Positions 32,720 through 44,700 of a DNA stretch of 64,000 nt are shown here, piece after piece. How positions within the stretch are numbered: position 1 is the first letter of the stretch; the number at the start of each line of letters is the position of its first letter. This stretch comes from Camelus ferus (lineage: Eukaryota). The notes under the pieces are model-generated. The model was not told where the DNA came from, made no database searches, and saw only the letters and a program-made list of their open reading frames with translations. The translations under genes and the position numbers were made by a program. Location: the NCBI RefSeq assembly GCF_009834535.1, contig NC_045696.1:85252001-85316000 (forward strand), read 5' to 3'.

Positions 32720-33350
32720 AAAAGGCCTTACTGAGAGGTACACTGTAATAGTGTAGGCCTGGAGGATGACTTTAGGTTGAATGGTAGTAAATGGTCCCCC
32801 AAGTCACCGATCTAAATCTGACATGAAGATAACAAGAATGACACCATCATGCAAACTATCTGAGGAAGAGCATTCCAGGCCAGTGCAGAGATCCCCTGGC
32901 CAAAATAACCTTATGGTGTTTTAGGGAAAGACTGGAATCTAGAAAGAATAGCAAGAGCCACAAGAGATGAAGTTGAATCATGTAGGGTCTTATAAGAGCA
33001 TTAGGACTTTGACTTTTATTATAAATTCAGTGGACATCAGTTGGCAGGGTAATAAGCAGGGGAATGACATGATCCAACTTAGAATTTGAAAGATAGTTCT
33101 AACTGCTGTGTGGCAAAGATCTTGGGACAGATAGGTAGTTCAAACAGAAGCAGGGAAACCAGTAAGGAGGCTATTAAAATAGTGCTGACAAGAAAAGATT
33201 ATGGCTTGGAAGTGCATAATAACTGTAAGGGTTTGGATAAGAAGGTGGAATACACTTTGAAGGTGAAATAATAAGAGCTCTTTAATAGGTCGAATATGGG
33301 GTATGAAGAAAAAGGAAGACTTGAAAATGATGGTAAGTTGATGGTGTAAT
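32720..33350 (-). mobile_element. L2 LINE
   Basis: gaggaagagcattccaggc, ggactttgacttttatt, gaagcagggaaaccagtaaggaggctatt. Confidence 0.75.
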
Positions 33351-35959
33351 TCAAGGGTTCTTTGTAGACATAAATTTCACATTGCCTACATTTAAATAAA
33401 TCCCATTTTCCTTAGGAAAAATTATTAGATCTTCATTTCTGATCCAAGACTATCATTCCAATTACATCTCTAGTTAATCATAACAAACATATGTGAACTC
33501 CATTTTCCAAAACAAACCTGCTGTTCCATTTCCCTTTGTCCTAACTACCTACATCCACATACATTCCTAATGAACTATTTCACATCCTGTAAGCTGGAAG
33601 TGTATGTCATTGTCTTTCCATTGCTCTCCTTGACCCTTCTCAGGCACAACGGCCTCTCCTCCCACCAGTATCACTTCATTTTATTCATTCTATTTAGTAG
33701 AAGGTATCTCACTGACATTTCCATCAACTCTACCATGAGTTCCTCAAGGGTGAGTCTATCTCTAAGTCACATTAGGAGTCCTGGAAACTAGCCCAGAGCA
33801 TGAATTCCCACTAATATGCACTCATGCTGAAAAACAGCTCGCAAACAGTATTTTCAGACCCATCCACATATATGAATAGCAATCACTGTCTCTAGATAGA
33901 TCATCGAGTAAAAATGACAAAGGTATGTTTGGAAAATCAAAGGTTTAATTTAAAAACTGATAGCGAACATACGACTTTTTAACAAAGGAAACCTCATTTT
34001 GAATGCATTGTTATATTTATTGTAGAAACATTTAATTTTGTATCAGAAAGAAAAAAGACTGCCTTCAAGTTTCTCAGTTTCCACTCCTTTTTTGGTAGCA
34101 AATATTGCACGAAGGAACACATTATTTCCAGAGTAAATCTGCACATTTGTAATTAAACCAAAAGAGTTTCCTTGCAAGTGGCAGATATGGGTCAAGAACC
34201 TGACAGTGATTCAGGGACCAAGAGGTGATGATAGCAGTGAGCCTGGCTCAAGTGTGGGCCCCACTGCAGAGAAGGATGAGTGCCAGCTGAACGAGCATGT
34301 GCTGTCTCTCTGCTTCTTTTTACAACTGTGGGGGTCTGCCAAAAATCTGTATATTGCTGGCAGGCAAGCAGGGCCGATGTAAGCACCTGTGTTGCAAAAC
34401 TCAGCAACTGTGTGATGGCCATTATGGATCCATCTGTGAGGAGGGTATTTGCCACATGTCAGTTGACTCACAAAAGGTGAGTTGGAAGAGAAATTCCATT
34501 AGAGAAGGAGGGACAGCAAAATTAATATATAATTTGTTCTTCTTTTTGATGGAAAAAATGTAGCAAGCATTGATGAAAGCCAGAGATTTACAAATGATTT
34601 GAACAGATTAGTAACGGCTGTTTCGTGACAAAGGGAAAAACATTAACTTAAAAAAACAAGATAATATTGTATCATTTGTGGAACAAAGTCTTTACTGTTT
34701 TTAATGACATATTGCACACAAGTGAAAAGTCACTAGTCCAGGACAGAGATGAAAGAATGATGTCTTAACAAAGCATCTAAAACGTTAAGTGAGGCTTTTT
34801 ATCTTAGATCCTGAAATAACAAAATCTCAATTACTGAGACTCAAAAAATTTAGACTTTGTGGTGTCAGAACTTGTCTAAACTCATGTCGGGCTGCATTAT
34901 CAATGAAAATGAACTTAATAAAAATGTCAATAATATAAAAAGTATTTATGGGAAACTATTGAAACCTCTTTTAAGTACAGGCGTTTTCAGCATAGTCTAG
35001 TCTGTCAATATGCTAATAATGTGCAAGTTAAAAATAACATACTAATATCAATCCTGACTTGGATTTACTGAGCGTCTGACGTGTACTGGATGAAGTGCTA
35101 CAAGCATCTTGTTACTTCTCTTGAAGTTGTTAAGTTTCTAGAACTGAGGCTCAGACTAGTTACCTGTCTTAAACATCAACAAAATGACCTGTTTAATATT
35201 TTTTCCTGTGCAAATTGATGGGTCTGAAGCTGTAATTTTGGATATATTTGTGGGAAAGGATGAGCTATGCGTCCTTCTACTCCGCCATGTTGGCAATCTT
35301 CTGTTTAATATTTTGTAAAATAAGTTTTATTTCTTTCATATTATTTTTCTGGTCACAATTCATAGTGCTGCCTATTAGGAAGTGCTTGATAAACATCTCA
35401 GTCCCTAACCTATTGAGACAGTACAATCCAATAATATTGTATTGTGAAGTACATGTATAATACTGTACTAGCTGAGAAAATCAATAGAACATAAAACACC
35501 CATGGAATAGGTCAATGAGAAATCTGAAGGATAAAAACAAATATTTGTCATGATAAGGTTCAGGTGGGAAATGATAAATTTGGATTTTAAGAAGCAAGGT
35601 TTCTGGTCAGATCTATTAAATGACAAAGATAATACATGCTTCCCATATGTTTGATTTTGTCTCTCCAACTTTTAAAAGAGCATTTATTAACGCAAATTCT
35701 AGAAGAACATACACCAAATGTCTGTGAGTAGTGAGTATACGGGTAATTTATGTTTTATAATGTATAACTATTCATCGTGGAACTAAAAACTTGAAAAGAA
35801 TATTTAAGATGACCCACTGTAATCAGTAAATCATTTAAAGCAATGTAAAATACTATCTAAAGTGGTAGGAATAGAGATTCTTCTAGCTTCTCAAGTGCAT
35901 AGAAATACTAACTGAGAATGCATTCTTCATGGGAGGAGGTGCTGATTCATTTGGTTTTT

Positions 35960-36570
35960 TCCCCCCAACATTTCATTGGGATAATTTTCAAACATGCAAA
36001 AAAGTAGAAAGAATTTTACTGAAAAAACTCATATATACACTATATCAGCGCTGCAATTAACATTTCACTGTATTTGCTTTATCCCATCTCTCATCATCTG
36101 TGTTCATCTACACCTTTAACCATCGATTCATGTGTATTATTTTTTTTAACATTTTTTATTGATTTATAATCATTTTACAATGTTGTGTCAAATTCCAGTG
36201 TTCAGCACAATTTTTATGTTATTCATGGACATATACACACTCATTGTCACATTTTTTTCTCTGTGAGTTATCATAACATTTTGTGTATATTTCCCTGTGC
36301 TATATATACAGTGTAGTCTATTCTACAATTTTGAAATCCCAGTCTATCCCTTCCCACCCTCCACCCCCCTCATGTGTATTATTTTTGATGCATTTCAGAC
36401 AAAGTTTCAGACATCAGTATATTCCCACAAATACCTCAACATGCATGTTATTAACCGGAGTTCAATATTTATTTCCTGTGTTTTTTGCTATTGCTGAGGT
36501 AAAATTTATGTATAATTATATGCATAAACCGCTAGTGTCCTTTCAGTGAATTCTGACAAATGCATTTAGA
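35960..36570 (-). mobile_element. Old L1M 3' end fragment, interrupted by the young L1
   Basis: ataattttcaaacatgcaaaaaagtagaaagaatt... and catttcagacaaagtttcagacatcagtat motifs on both sides of the TSD. Confidence 0.6.
36145..36369 (-). mobile_element. Young 5'-truncated L1 3' end (camelid-like L1) with 17 bp TSD
   Basis: Perfect TSD tcatgtgtattattttt at 36128-36144 and 36370-36386. AATAAA on the - strand before a short A tail, and a G-rich L1 3' UTR tract. The sequence resembles recalled camelid L1 3' ends. Confidence 0.85.
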
Positions 36571-36759
36571 CGTTAATTTTAAAAGGGTATGGATTCCTGA
36601 AGCTCAACTTCTTATTGTTATTTTCTCAGTATTTTCCCAGGTTGGTGGGTTGAGGGCAATACATGAAAATCAGACATTGTTTTTATGGATGAGGAAGTTT
36701 TTTAAACAAACGATATTTTGTCAACTTGGCCCTATTACTATATTCTCTGGTCTGACTAG

Positions 36760-37200
36760 TGAGCACTAGTCAGATTAGAACAGTGAGACCTCTTTCTCTG
36801 GACCCAGTCGCGGGGCTGCAGGATCTGTTGTGGTTAGACTAGGAGAGGTACTTACTAACACCACCTGGGCCAACTAGCTTTTTAGCAAGGAAGCCAGGCA
36901 TTTAATCTCCTTCATGGCATTCCTCTACAGTGCGGATTCTAAACTGGAAAGTGAAGGGCAGCCATTTTCAGCTATGGGAGGAGGCTGGTCAGCAGCAAGA
37001 CTGAACAAGGAAACAGCCCAAAGTGACCATTGTAGACAAAGTCCTAATAACAATCATATTGACGGTTCCAGTTTTTTCCCCTGAGGCCTGGCCACATTAG
37101 GCCTTTGTGACCTGTGAATTACCCTTATATTCGATTCTGGTAATAAATCTTATTGATTAAGCAATTCCCAATGGGTCTGTATTTGCCAGTAAGAGTTATA
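36760..37200 (+). mobile_element. Old MaLR LTR (MLT1K/L-like)
   Basis: ggcagccattttcagctatgg...cctgaggcctggccac...taataaatc...ttaagcaatt. Confidence 0.5.
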
Positions 37201-38349
37201 ATTATGATATTAATTATAGGTAGATGATCCTGACCAGAAACCCCCTTCCATCCACATTGCACAGACATATCACAACTGATTAAACATGGACCTCAAAATT
37301 TTCTAACTATAATCTTTTCAGTGATTAATATTGAATTTATTCCCTCCTTAATAAGTAATGCTATAGAATAGTGTGTTTCTTTAAAAACAAGGAATGCCTT
37401 CTTGTACTATTAGAAGTAGCTGAGAGGCCAAAAAAGATTAAGAAATACTGAAGAACCATCTCATATTCATTTAAATTATTATCCATTTTATCTTCTCCAC
37501 CTCGTTTCTATAAAACATTAATAAGGCTGTCAGTCAAAGCTCTTATGTCATTGTAACTGTGTGTAGCTTTTGGACTCTACAAGAGATTGACTCCAAATAT
37601 GGTATTTTCTTGCTACAAGTAATGTGCATATGAGAGGCAGTAATTCATCTCGGCAAGCTCTAATTCCATAATAATTTATCCCAAGGCCTTGGCAGCTAAT
37701 GCTTCACTCACTATTAATAGAAAACGGTGCAAGTCGTGTAGGTGGTACTTTCAGTTTAGCGATGCTGTAGTTAATTTCTTTAATTTATAAAGTATTTATA
37801 AATCTCATCTTTGCAAAGCTGCTGAAAGCGTGCAGGCAGAAACCAGTTCTCTCTTTGTCTCACAGCCTTCCGGATCGCGTCCAGCCTGCAGCCTGCACAA
37901 TCACCCATATTCCTCTTACTAAACCTGTTGTGTGACCCCATCTGCTACTTTGTGTCTTGTGAAATAGCGGATTATTTGTATGGCTCACGACCTAAGAATT
38001 CTTTTGTTATCTCAATTACTCTACAGCAGGTTTTGTTAGAAAGGGCCTGAGGGCTTGGTGCAATTCAGATTCCTGGGCTCTCTGTCAGCCCAGTTAAAAT
38101 GTCCATGTCAAGTTTTACCTTTGTGAATTCTCCTCAGTTATATCTGGCAATACTCTGTGCCCTGGAAGCCTCCTTTATCTGATGCTAGTAAAACTGTCTC
38201 AGCTTTATCATGCTCAGTGTTTGCGTGGTATGTCTTTTCTCATCTTTTTAACACTCCTGTGTTATAATAAATAACTTCATTTATGTTTTCTGAAGTTCGA
38301 ATTTCATATATTTTTTCATTTGTCACATAGTATTTACTTCTTTTGATTT

Positions 38350-38455
38350 TTTTCATTTGCAATGTAAATACCATTCCTAGGTTGTGGTCCACACAAAAAC
38401 AAGCATTGGGCCAAATTTAGCCCACAGGGCATCCTTTGCCAACCTGTGTTCTACA
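38350..38455. mobile_element. MER58-like hAT end
   Basis: caaaaacaagcattgggccaaatttagcccacaggg...tttgccaacctgtgttcta. Confidence 0.55.
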
Positions 38456-38699
38456 GTATAAAATAAACTTAATCCTATTTAAAATGTTGAATGCAATATT
38501 TACAGTTCATTTCCATATGCTCAGTTGGTATTTACTGATTACCCAAATTGGGAAAAATGCTGAAAAATAGCAAAGGTAAATAAATAATTCAGGCAGAACT
38601 TTATAATTCCAGCGAGGGAAATAATACATACAAACGTGTAGAAAATCCAAAATTAAATGTGGCAAGTGACAAAAGGGCATTATGAGGAATAGTGGGCAG

Positions 38700-39424
38700 T
38701 GGTTTGAGGTTTTGCTGAGAAAGAATTTACATGCAATAAAATGGACAGATTTCGGTGTTTAACTTGAGGAGTTTGACAAATGTGTACGCCTGTGAAACCA
38801 CCAGCCTGAACAAGTAAAAAAGTGTCCTCATCACCCTGAGAACATATCTTTACTCCCTTTACAATCAAAACTCCACCAAAATCAACCATTAGTGAAATTT
38901 CCCTTAGTTTAGATTAGTACTTTATGTTCTAGAAATGCATATAAATAAAAACCCTACAGTATGTGCAACAGTAATGACGGATTTCTCCAGTTCTTTCTTT
39001 AGTTTTCACAGTTATTATTTATGTTTTGTTGAGCTCTGTTATTAGGTACATACAATTCAATATTTTTAGATCCTCTTGTTAAATTGAATCGCCTACCTTT
39101 ATGCATATTCATTATAATTGGAAATACCACGTGTCGTGAAGTCTACTTTAAGTACAGTCGTATCATTTCTCTTTTGCTGTGTTTACATAGCATCTCTTCT
39201 GATGTTTTTACTTTCAACTTTCTTATATTTAAAATTCATGCCTTGTAAACTGCACATAGATCGAGTTTTGCTTATTTATCCAATTTGACAATCTCTGACT
39301 CAGTAGGAGCATTAAGTCCAGTTATATGTCACATAATTATTGATATTTTGCATTTAATTATACTTTCTTGTTATTTGTCTTCTATTTTTCATCATCTGTT
39401 CTTGGTCCCATTGTTCATCCTTCA
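38700..39424 (-). mobile_element. Old L1M (L1MC/ME-like) fragments, left of the PMM2 retrocopy
   Basis: Antisense L1 3' UTR and ORF2-like T-rich text (gctctgttattaggtacataca, tttgacaatctctg). Confidence 0.7.
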
Positions 39425-39436
39425 CTGCCTTCTTTT

Positions 39437-41884
39437 ATTTTATTTTGTTTTTTAGGAAACAACAAAATCACTTTAATTTGTTACTTTTCATTTTGAAGTG
39501 TCATTGCAGTATCATTTATAAAATTCCACAAAGATACAACAGGATGGTCTTGCCTGAGAATCACTGCAAAACAATCATCCCATGTGTGGTAAACGGAGTG
39601 GTTGAGTGGGGAGATTTCATAGGCTGGTGTTTCTTCCTTCTTCGCCCAACCCAATCCTGAGCTAAGAGAAGACTGAGTGACCAGAGTGTTTGGAGGGAAC
39701 CAGTTTTTTCTGTGATGAAAGAAACTGGCTAGGGTCTGGGAGGCAGGGGGTGCAGAGCACAGGTCTCCCCAGGTCCAGGATTCAGGTAGGTTACCCTGAG
39801 CAGAGGCCACACTGTGGACTGAAGCTGGACCCCAGCACCTATCTTTGAAGGGGTTATGGATCCAACATGTCCGAATACTGAAAAATGACATGTGCACCAT
39901 TACCCAGGAAGCTCTCTTCAACTGTGCTCTAGACCTGGGCCTTCAGCTTCCTTCCAGTTCTACAGAGAACTTGCAGATTGTGTAAGGGAGCAGTGAGGGT
40001 CCCAACCAGAGCTGCTCGCACCCTGGCGTCAAAGGCTAGGGGAGGGCTTGGGTGGACTCCTTTTATTAAAAGGTTTACAGAGAGATAAAGTGCAGCTCCT
40101 ATTCCTATTAATTATCCAGGCTCTTACTTGAGAAAGTAGAGGTCAAAAATGCCTTTGGGAAGGCAGCCAGTTCCAATAAGAAGATTCTTTTGGTGAAACT
40201 GAACATTATAAGTTAGTTTCTCCAGACTTGGGATCAGAAGATGCATCCAAAGGAAGTTCTGCTGGAACCAATTTTCCACCAGGGGTTTGGTTCCTATTTC
40301 CTCCCATCTCCATGTTTACAGAGAACGAACCAGGCTATTCAAGGTAGAGTGAATACAGAGCTGACTTGCCTTCTAGGACAGCTAAGTGCAAATGGCTTGG
40401 GGTCAGTTTTCACTTTGCCAGTCATCTGTCAGCAGGCATGCTGAGGTATGCATCTCACAAACAGGAGACAAGATTGGAAAACAAAGAGTGCACCCAGTCA
40501 TTTAGCTTAATACTGCCCTCAAGATCACAGTCCCTTTGGTTGAAAAGTCCCATCAAGCTGACACTCAGGGTGCAGCTTCATTTCAGGAAGGAATTTTTAA
40601 ACTTGTGCCCCAAAGTTGAATTGCTGTAAAAGTCCTGCCATTTTTTCTCATCACAAATCCCCATTTTGTTATTGACGCAGGGGGTTTAAACATAAGTATC
40701 TGTTACATTTATCACAAGAGGCACAAAGAGGGAGGATCCAGGCACATTTGTTCTGTATCTTTCTAGAATGAGAGGAAGTTTTCCAAAAAAAAAAATGCAT
40801 ACTCTGATTGCACATATGGAGTTAGGGGATAAAATCTTATTGGTGGAGCTATTCCTTTGAGCCATTCTCGACAAGTCCTGCCTTCTCTCTTCTGGATTCT
40901 TCTGGCATTGGAGGTGGAGGGCATCACATGTTTGTGGGTAGACAGTGATTTCCCTGCTGAGTGAGGGTATCACTGTCAGGACCATACATTATGATTGAAC
41001 CCTGTGGAGAACCTGACCTGGCCTGGGGTGGGTGGGCACGTGAAGGAGCAACCTTGGACGTGGCCACTGAATGACCCTGTCAGGCTCACTAGCTGGGACT
41101 CCCTCTCCTTTCCACCAGGGAAAGGACTATTAGGACAAGAGCTCATCACAGATCTTGCTGTGTTCTCAGGGACAGACTCGGCATGACCTGCAAGTCTCAG
41201 GTCTGTGAGGATCTCATGGTCATTCTCACCAGCCATTGTTTTGTCTCTAAAGTGAGAAATGGTCTTATAACCATAATTTTCCACATGTCCCAGGCAATAT
41301 CTCTTGTCTTATCCATCAGGAAAGACATTAGAGCTGATCTTGCCTTCTACAGAAAATGTGAGGCCTTTATTTGCAGACTCTTCCCATAGACCTACACATT
41401 TCTGTCTTTTCTTATGGTCTTCATAGAACCCCATGTGTTCTTTTGGGCTGCCGCTTCTTCTAATAGCAGACATATTTAACCTAACATTTAGAATTCCAAT
41501 GACAGAACTCATCCATCTTCTTCAGAGGTCTGATTTCTGCAGTGCAGCCCAGACAGTAGTTGATTGAATCTTGGATTAGGGCCTCACCAAGATGACCTTG
41601 AATATTCTGTTTGCACGAGAGTTTCTCATCTTTGTATGTTACCAAGCCATCTCCTGGAAACACATAATCATATTTTTTAACCACATCATTTCCCAATGTC
41701 TCCTTCACTTTCTCAAAGTTCAACCCACCTACCACACAGATTTTGATCTTCTGCTTCAGTTTTTGTAGAATGCCATTTATTTCTCTAGTGATTTTCTGCC
41801 ACGGGGCCAGCAGGGTCCAGTCCACAACAAAGAGGCAGAACACTGGGTCAAGACCCTCAAGTCCTCAGTTTCTGCCCCCTACTC
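39437..41884 (-). pseudogene. PMM2: Processed pseudogene of phosphomannomutase 2 (5' UTR stub, intronless CDS homolog 41860-41130, ~1.7 kb 3' UTR, poly(A) tail)
   Basis: ORF fragments 41843-41481, 41512-41309 and 41284-40976 align colinearly with PMM2 (LCLFDVDGTLTAPRQKIT..., [41 protein letters not shown]). Start ATG is now TTG (41858-41860), the catalytic DxD Asp is now Val, W190 is now a stop (41309-41311), and there are frameshifts. ATTAAA at 39477-39472, decayed poly(A) at ~39433-39453, and a TSD ctgccttctttt (39425-39436) / ctaccttctgtt (41885-41896). Confidence 0.96.
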
Positions 41885-41896
41885 CTACCTTCTGTT

Positions 41897-43200
41897 AAAA
41901 TAATTAAAATATTGGGCTGTTTTTAGTATTCCATTTTATCTCCTATGTAGCATTTTATTATTCACTCTTTCAGTTGGTTTTCTAGTAGTTATTTTAGGGA
42001 TTATAATATGCTTCCTTGACTTTTCATCTACCTTGGACTGATACTGTACCACTTCACATAAGGCAAGCATCATCTCCAGTCGCATTTTCTTCAGATGGAT
42101 TCACTTCCTGTAGTGATGCTGGCAATGCTGCTCTGTTGGTGACTGATTCTCTTGAGTTTTGTTTATCTGAAAGTGTTTCTATTTTGCCTTCATTTTGGAA
42201 GAACACCTTCACTGTATATAAAATTCTAGGCAAATGTGCTTTGTTTTTTTGAGCACCTTTAAGATGTCATTTCATTGCCTTCTGCTCTCCATTACTTCTG
42301 CTGAAAATTAGCTGTCCTGTTTATTGTTTCTTCCTCTCTCTCTCCCTTTTTTCTATTAATTTTTTTTTACTGGTTGCTTTCAAGATGTTCTCTTTATTTT
42401 TAGTAGTTCAACTATGCTGCAACCTCGTAAGGTTTTTATTGTATTTCTCCAGCTTGGGATTTCCTTTCTTCTTGGCTCTGTGGATTGATGTTTTAAAAAG
42501 CTTTTCAAATTTTAACCAGTGTTAATATTTTTCTTTCCCATTTTCTCTCCTCCTGGGACACCAAATACATGTATTTTAGACTGACTGTTATCGTCTCTCG
42601 CCTAGGGCATTGTGGCTCTGCTTAATTTGCAATCTTTTTTTTCTATGTGTGCTTCAGATGAGATTAGATAGTTTCTATTTACTGGTCTTCAAGTACAACG
42701 ATTCTTTTCTCTGTAGTGTCCAACCTGCTATTATTCCCATCCAATAATTTTATTTCAAATATTGTATCTTTTTAATTCTAAGATTTTTGGGGGTTACTTT
42801 TTAAGGCTACTTCATATTTGTCCTGCAATTCCTTCTCTCTCCACCATTCTATTCATCTTTTGTAAATTATTTAACATATATATATAACAGTTATTTTGAA
42901 ACCCTTGTCTGCTACTTCCAACAAATGTGCCATCTGAGTATCTTTTTCTGTTCACTTGCATTCTCCTTGACTGTGGATTCCATTTTCCTGCTTCTTCACA
43001 TGGCTAAAAATTTTCAGTTATATACAAAGCATTATAGACGATATATTGCAGGAAACCTTGATTTTGTTATCTTCATCAGAAGAGTATTAAAGTTTTCTAC
43101 CTGGCGGTTAAATTATTGGTGGATCTTCTTTATCTTGTGAAGGCTTTTGTCTTAGGCTTTGTTAGGATAAATCTATATTTATTCAATTAGTCCTACAATG
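41897..43200 (-). mobile_element. Old L1M continuation, right of the PMM2 retrocopy
   Basis: Typical antisense L1M text (tttgtttatctgaaagtgtttctattttgccttcattttggaag, ggttgctttcaagatgttctctttat) that continues across the TSD. Confidence 0.75.
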
Positions 43201-43639
43201 GAGCGCTGCATTTTGAGAAAGACCTTTACTGTAAATCACTAGCCCACCTGTGTTTCACTGCTATTCCTGAAGTGTTTCCCAAATGCTGTCTATATGAGCT
43301 ATTCAGGTATCTATGAACTTTTGACATATTTTCCTCTTTTTTTAGCATTTCTTTTTTTACAAACTTTCTAGTGTAACAAGAATGTCCAGCCTCATCTCTT
43401 ACTTTCCCTATCCCATGTCTAAAATTAGTCAATGGGAAATTGGAAATCAGCCATAAAAGGTTTTGGTTCATTTCAGCAATTAATAGGATTTTAAAGCAAA
43501 GATCTGGGTACCGAGTATCTTTGTGTTCATGATATATCATTATTTCTGAACACTTTCGGTGAAAGAAATAGAAAAAGATATCATTTTAAAATGACTTCAA
43601 GGGTATTTCCACTCCTGCCGTTAAAGCACCGCTCTGAGA

Positions 43640-43682
43640 ATGGCCCTGCTGCAATAAACAACTAGAAAAACATATATACCTC

Positions 43683-43715
<33 letters not shown>

Positions 43716-44700
43716 TAGACATTAGGAAACAGCCAGAAGAGGACTATGATCCTTGAGAGGAAGGAAACAAATAAGCCAGACTTCTGCTTGACATAGGTTA
43801 CTCCCTGAAGTCAGTTTATGTGGTGCAGAGAAAGAGAAACCAAACAACGTCAAGTAATCTCAATGAGCTGAAGAACCAGAAGTCAGGGTGAAAAGAGGCA
43901 GAGCAGGATCAACTGTGCTGGGAAGAAAACCAGAGAGGAGACCAGCACAGAGAGAATCTCAGAGGACTACAGAGAGGTCTTCTTGAATTTTTACCTTATT
44001 ACTAGTCTGCACCTGAGTAGGGTGACATTCCATAAGGTGGTTGGGGTAACACCACTCTAAACAAATCTTAGAGCTCAAACAATGCCAAAAGCAGAGAAAC
44101 ATTTAAATATATGCGGCATCAGGGATAGTCCCAAGGATAGGTATCACTTTAGAAGTTGGGCCGAATCAGCTGCACACCAAAGACTTCTCTGAGTTCACCC
44201 TCACAGCACTTAATAGCCATCCCCAAAGTCTCAAATCTTCTGCAAATAACTTACCTGCATGCTAGAGAAAAATCCAAGTCTATATAAAACAAAATCTATC
44301 ATCCAACAATGTTAAATTCATCACTTCCTAGATCCAATACAAAATTACTAGGTATGCAATGAAGCAGGAAAAAAATATGGCCTATAACCAGCAGAAAAAT
44401 GAATCAAAAGAAAGATGCAGAAATAACAGAGATGAGCATATTAGCAGACACATGTATTATAATAGCTAATGTATATGTCCCAAATGCTCAGAATATAAAC
44501 AAAACAACGAAGATGATGAGAAGAGAACAAGAAAATAGCAAAAAAAGACCAAAGCTTTTTAAAAAAAAGATCATAAAACTTTAGAGGTGCAAAACAATAT
44601 TCAAAATAAATAACACACTGGCTGGTATTAATAGTAGATTAGATGCCACAGAAGAAAGGATCGGTGTGCTTGAAGACATAGGCATATATTGAAAGTCATT
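43640..44700 (+). mobile_element. Old L1M 5' region / ORF1 remnant
   Basis: A-rich sense L1M text (caaaattactaggtatgcaatgaagcaggaaaa, ggtattaatagtagattagatgccacagaagaaagg...ttgaagaca). Confidence 0.65.
43684..43713. repeat. (AC)15 microsatellite
   Basis: Read directly from the sequence. Confidence 0.95.

Noticed and set aside
39481..39921. Longest ORF in the track (146 aa)
   Set aside because: It lies in the retrocopied PMM2 3' UTR, starts at a non-ATG codon, and resembles no protein I recognise.
41481..41843. 120 aa ORF as a functional PMM2-like retrogene
   Set aside because: The ATG is lost, the catalytic DxDGT has become VVDWT, and frameshifts and a premature stop follow.
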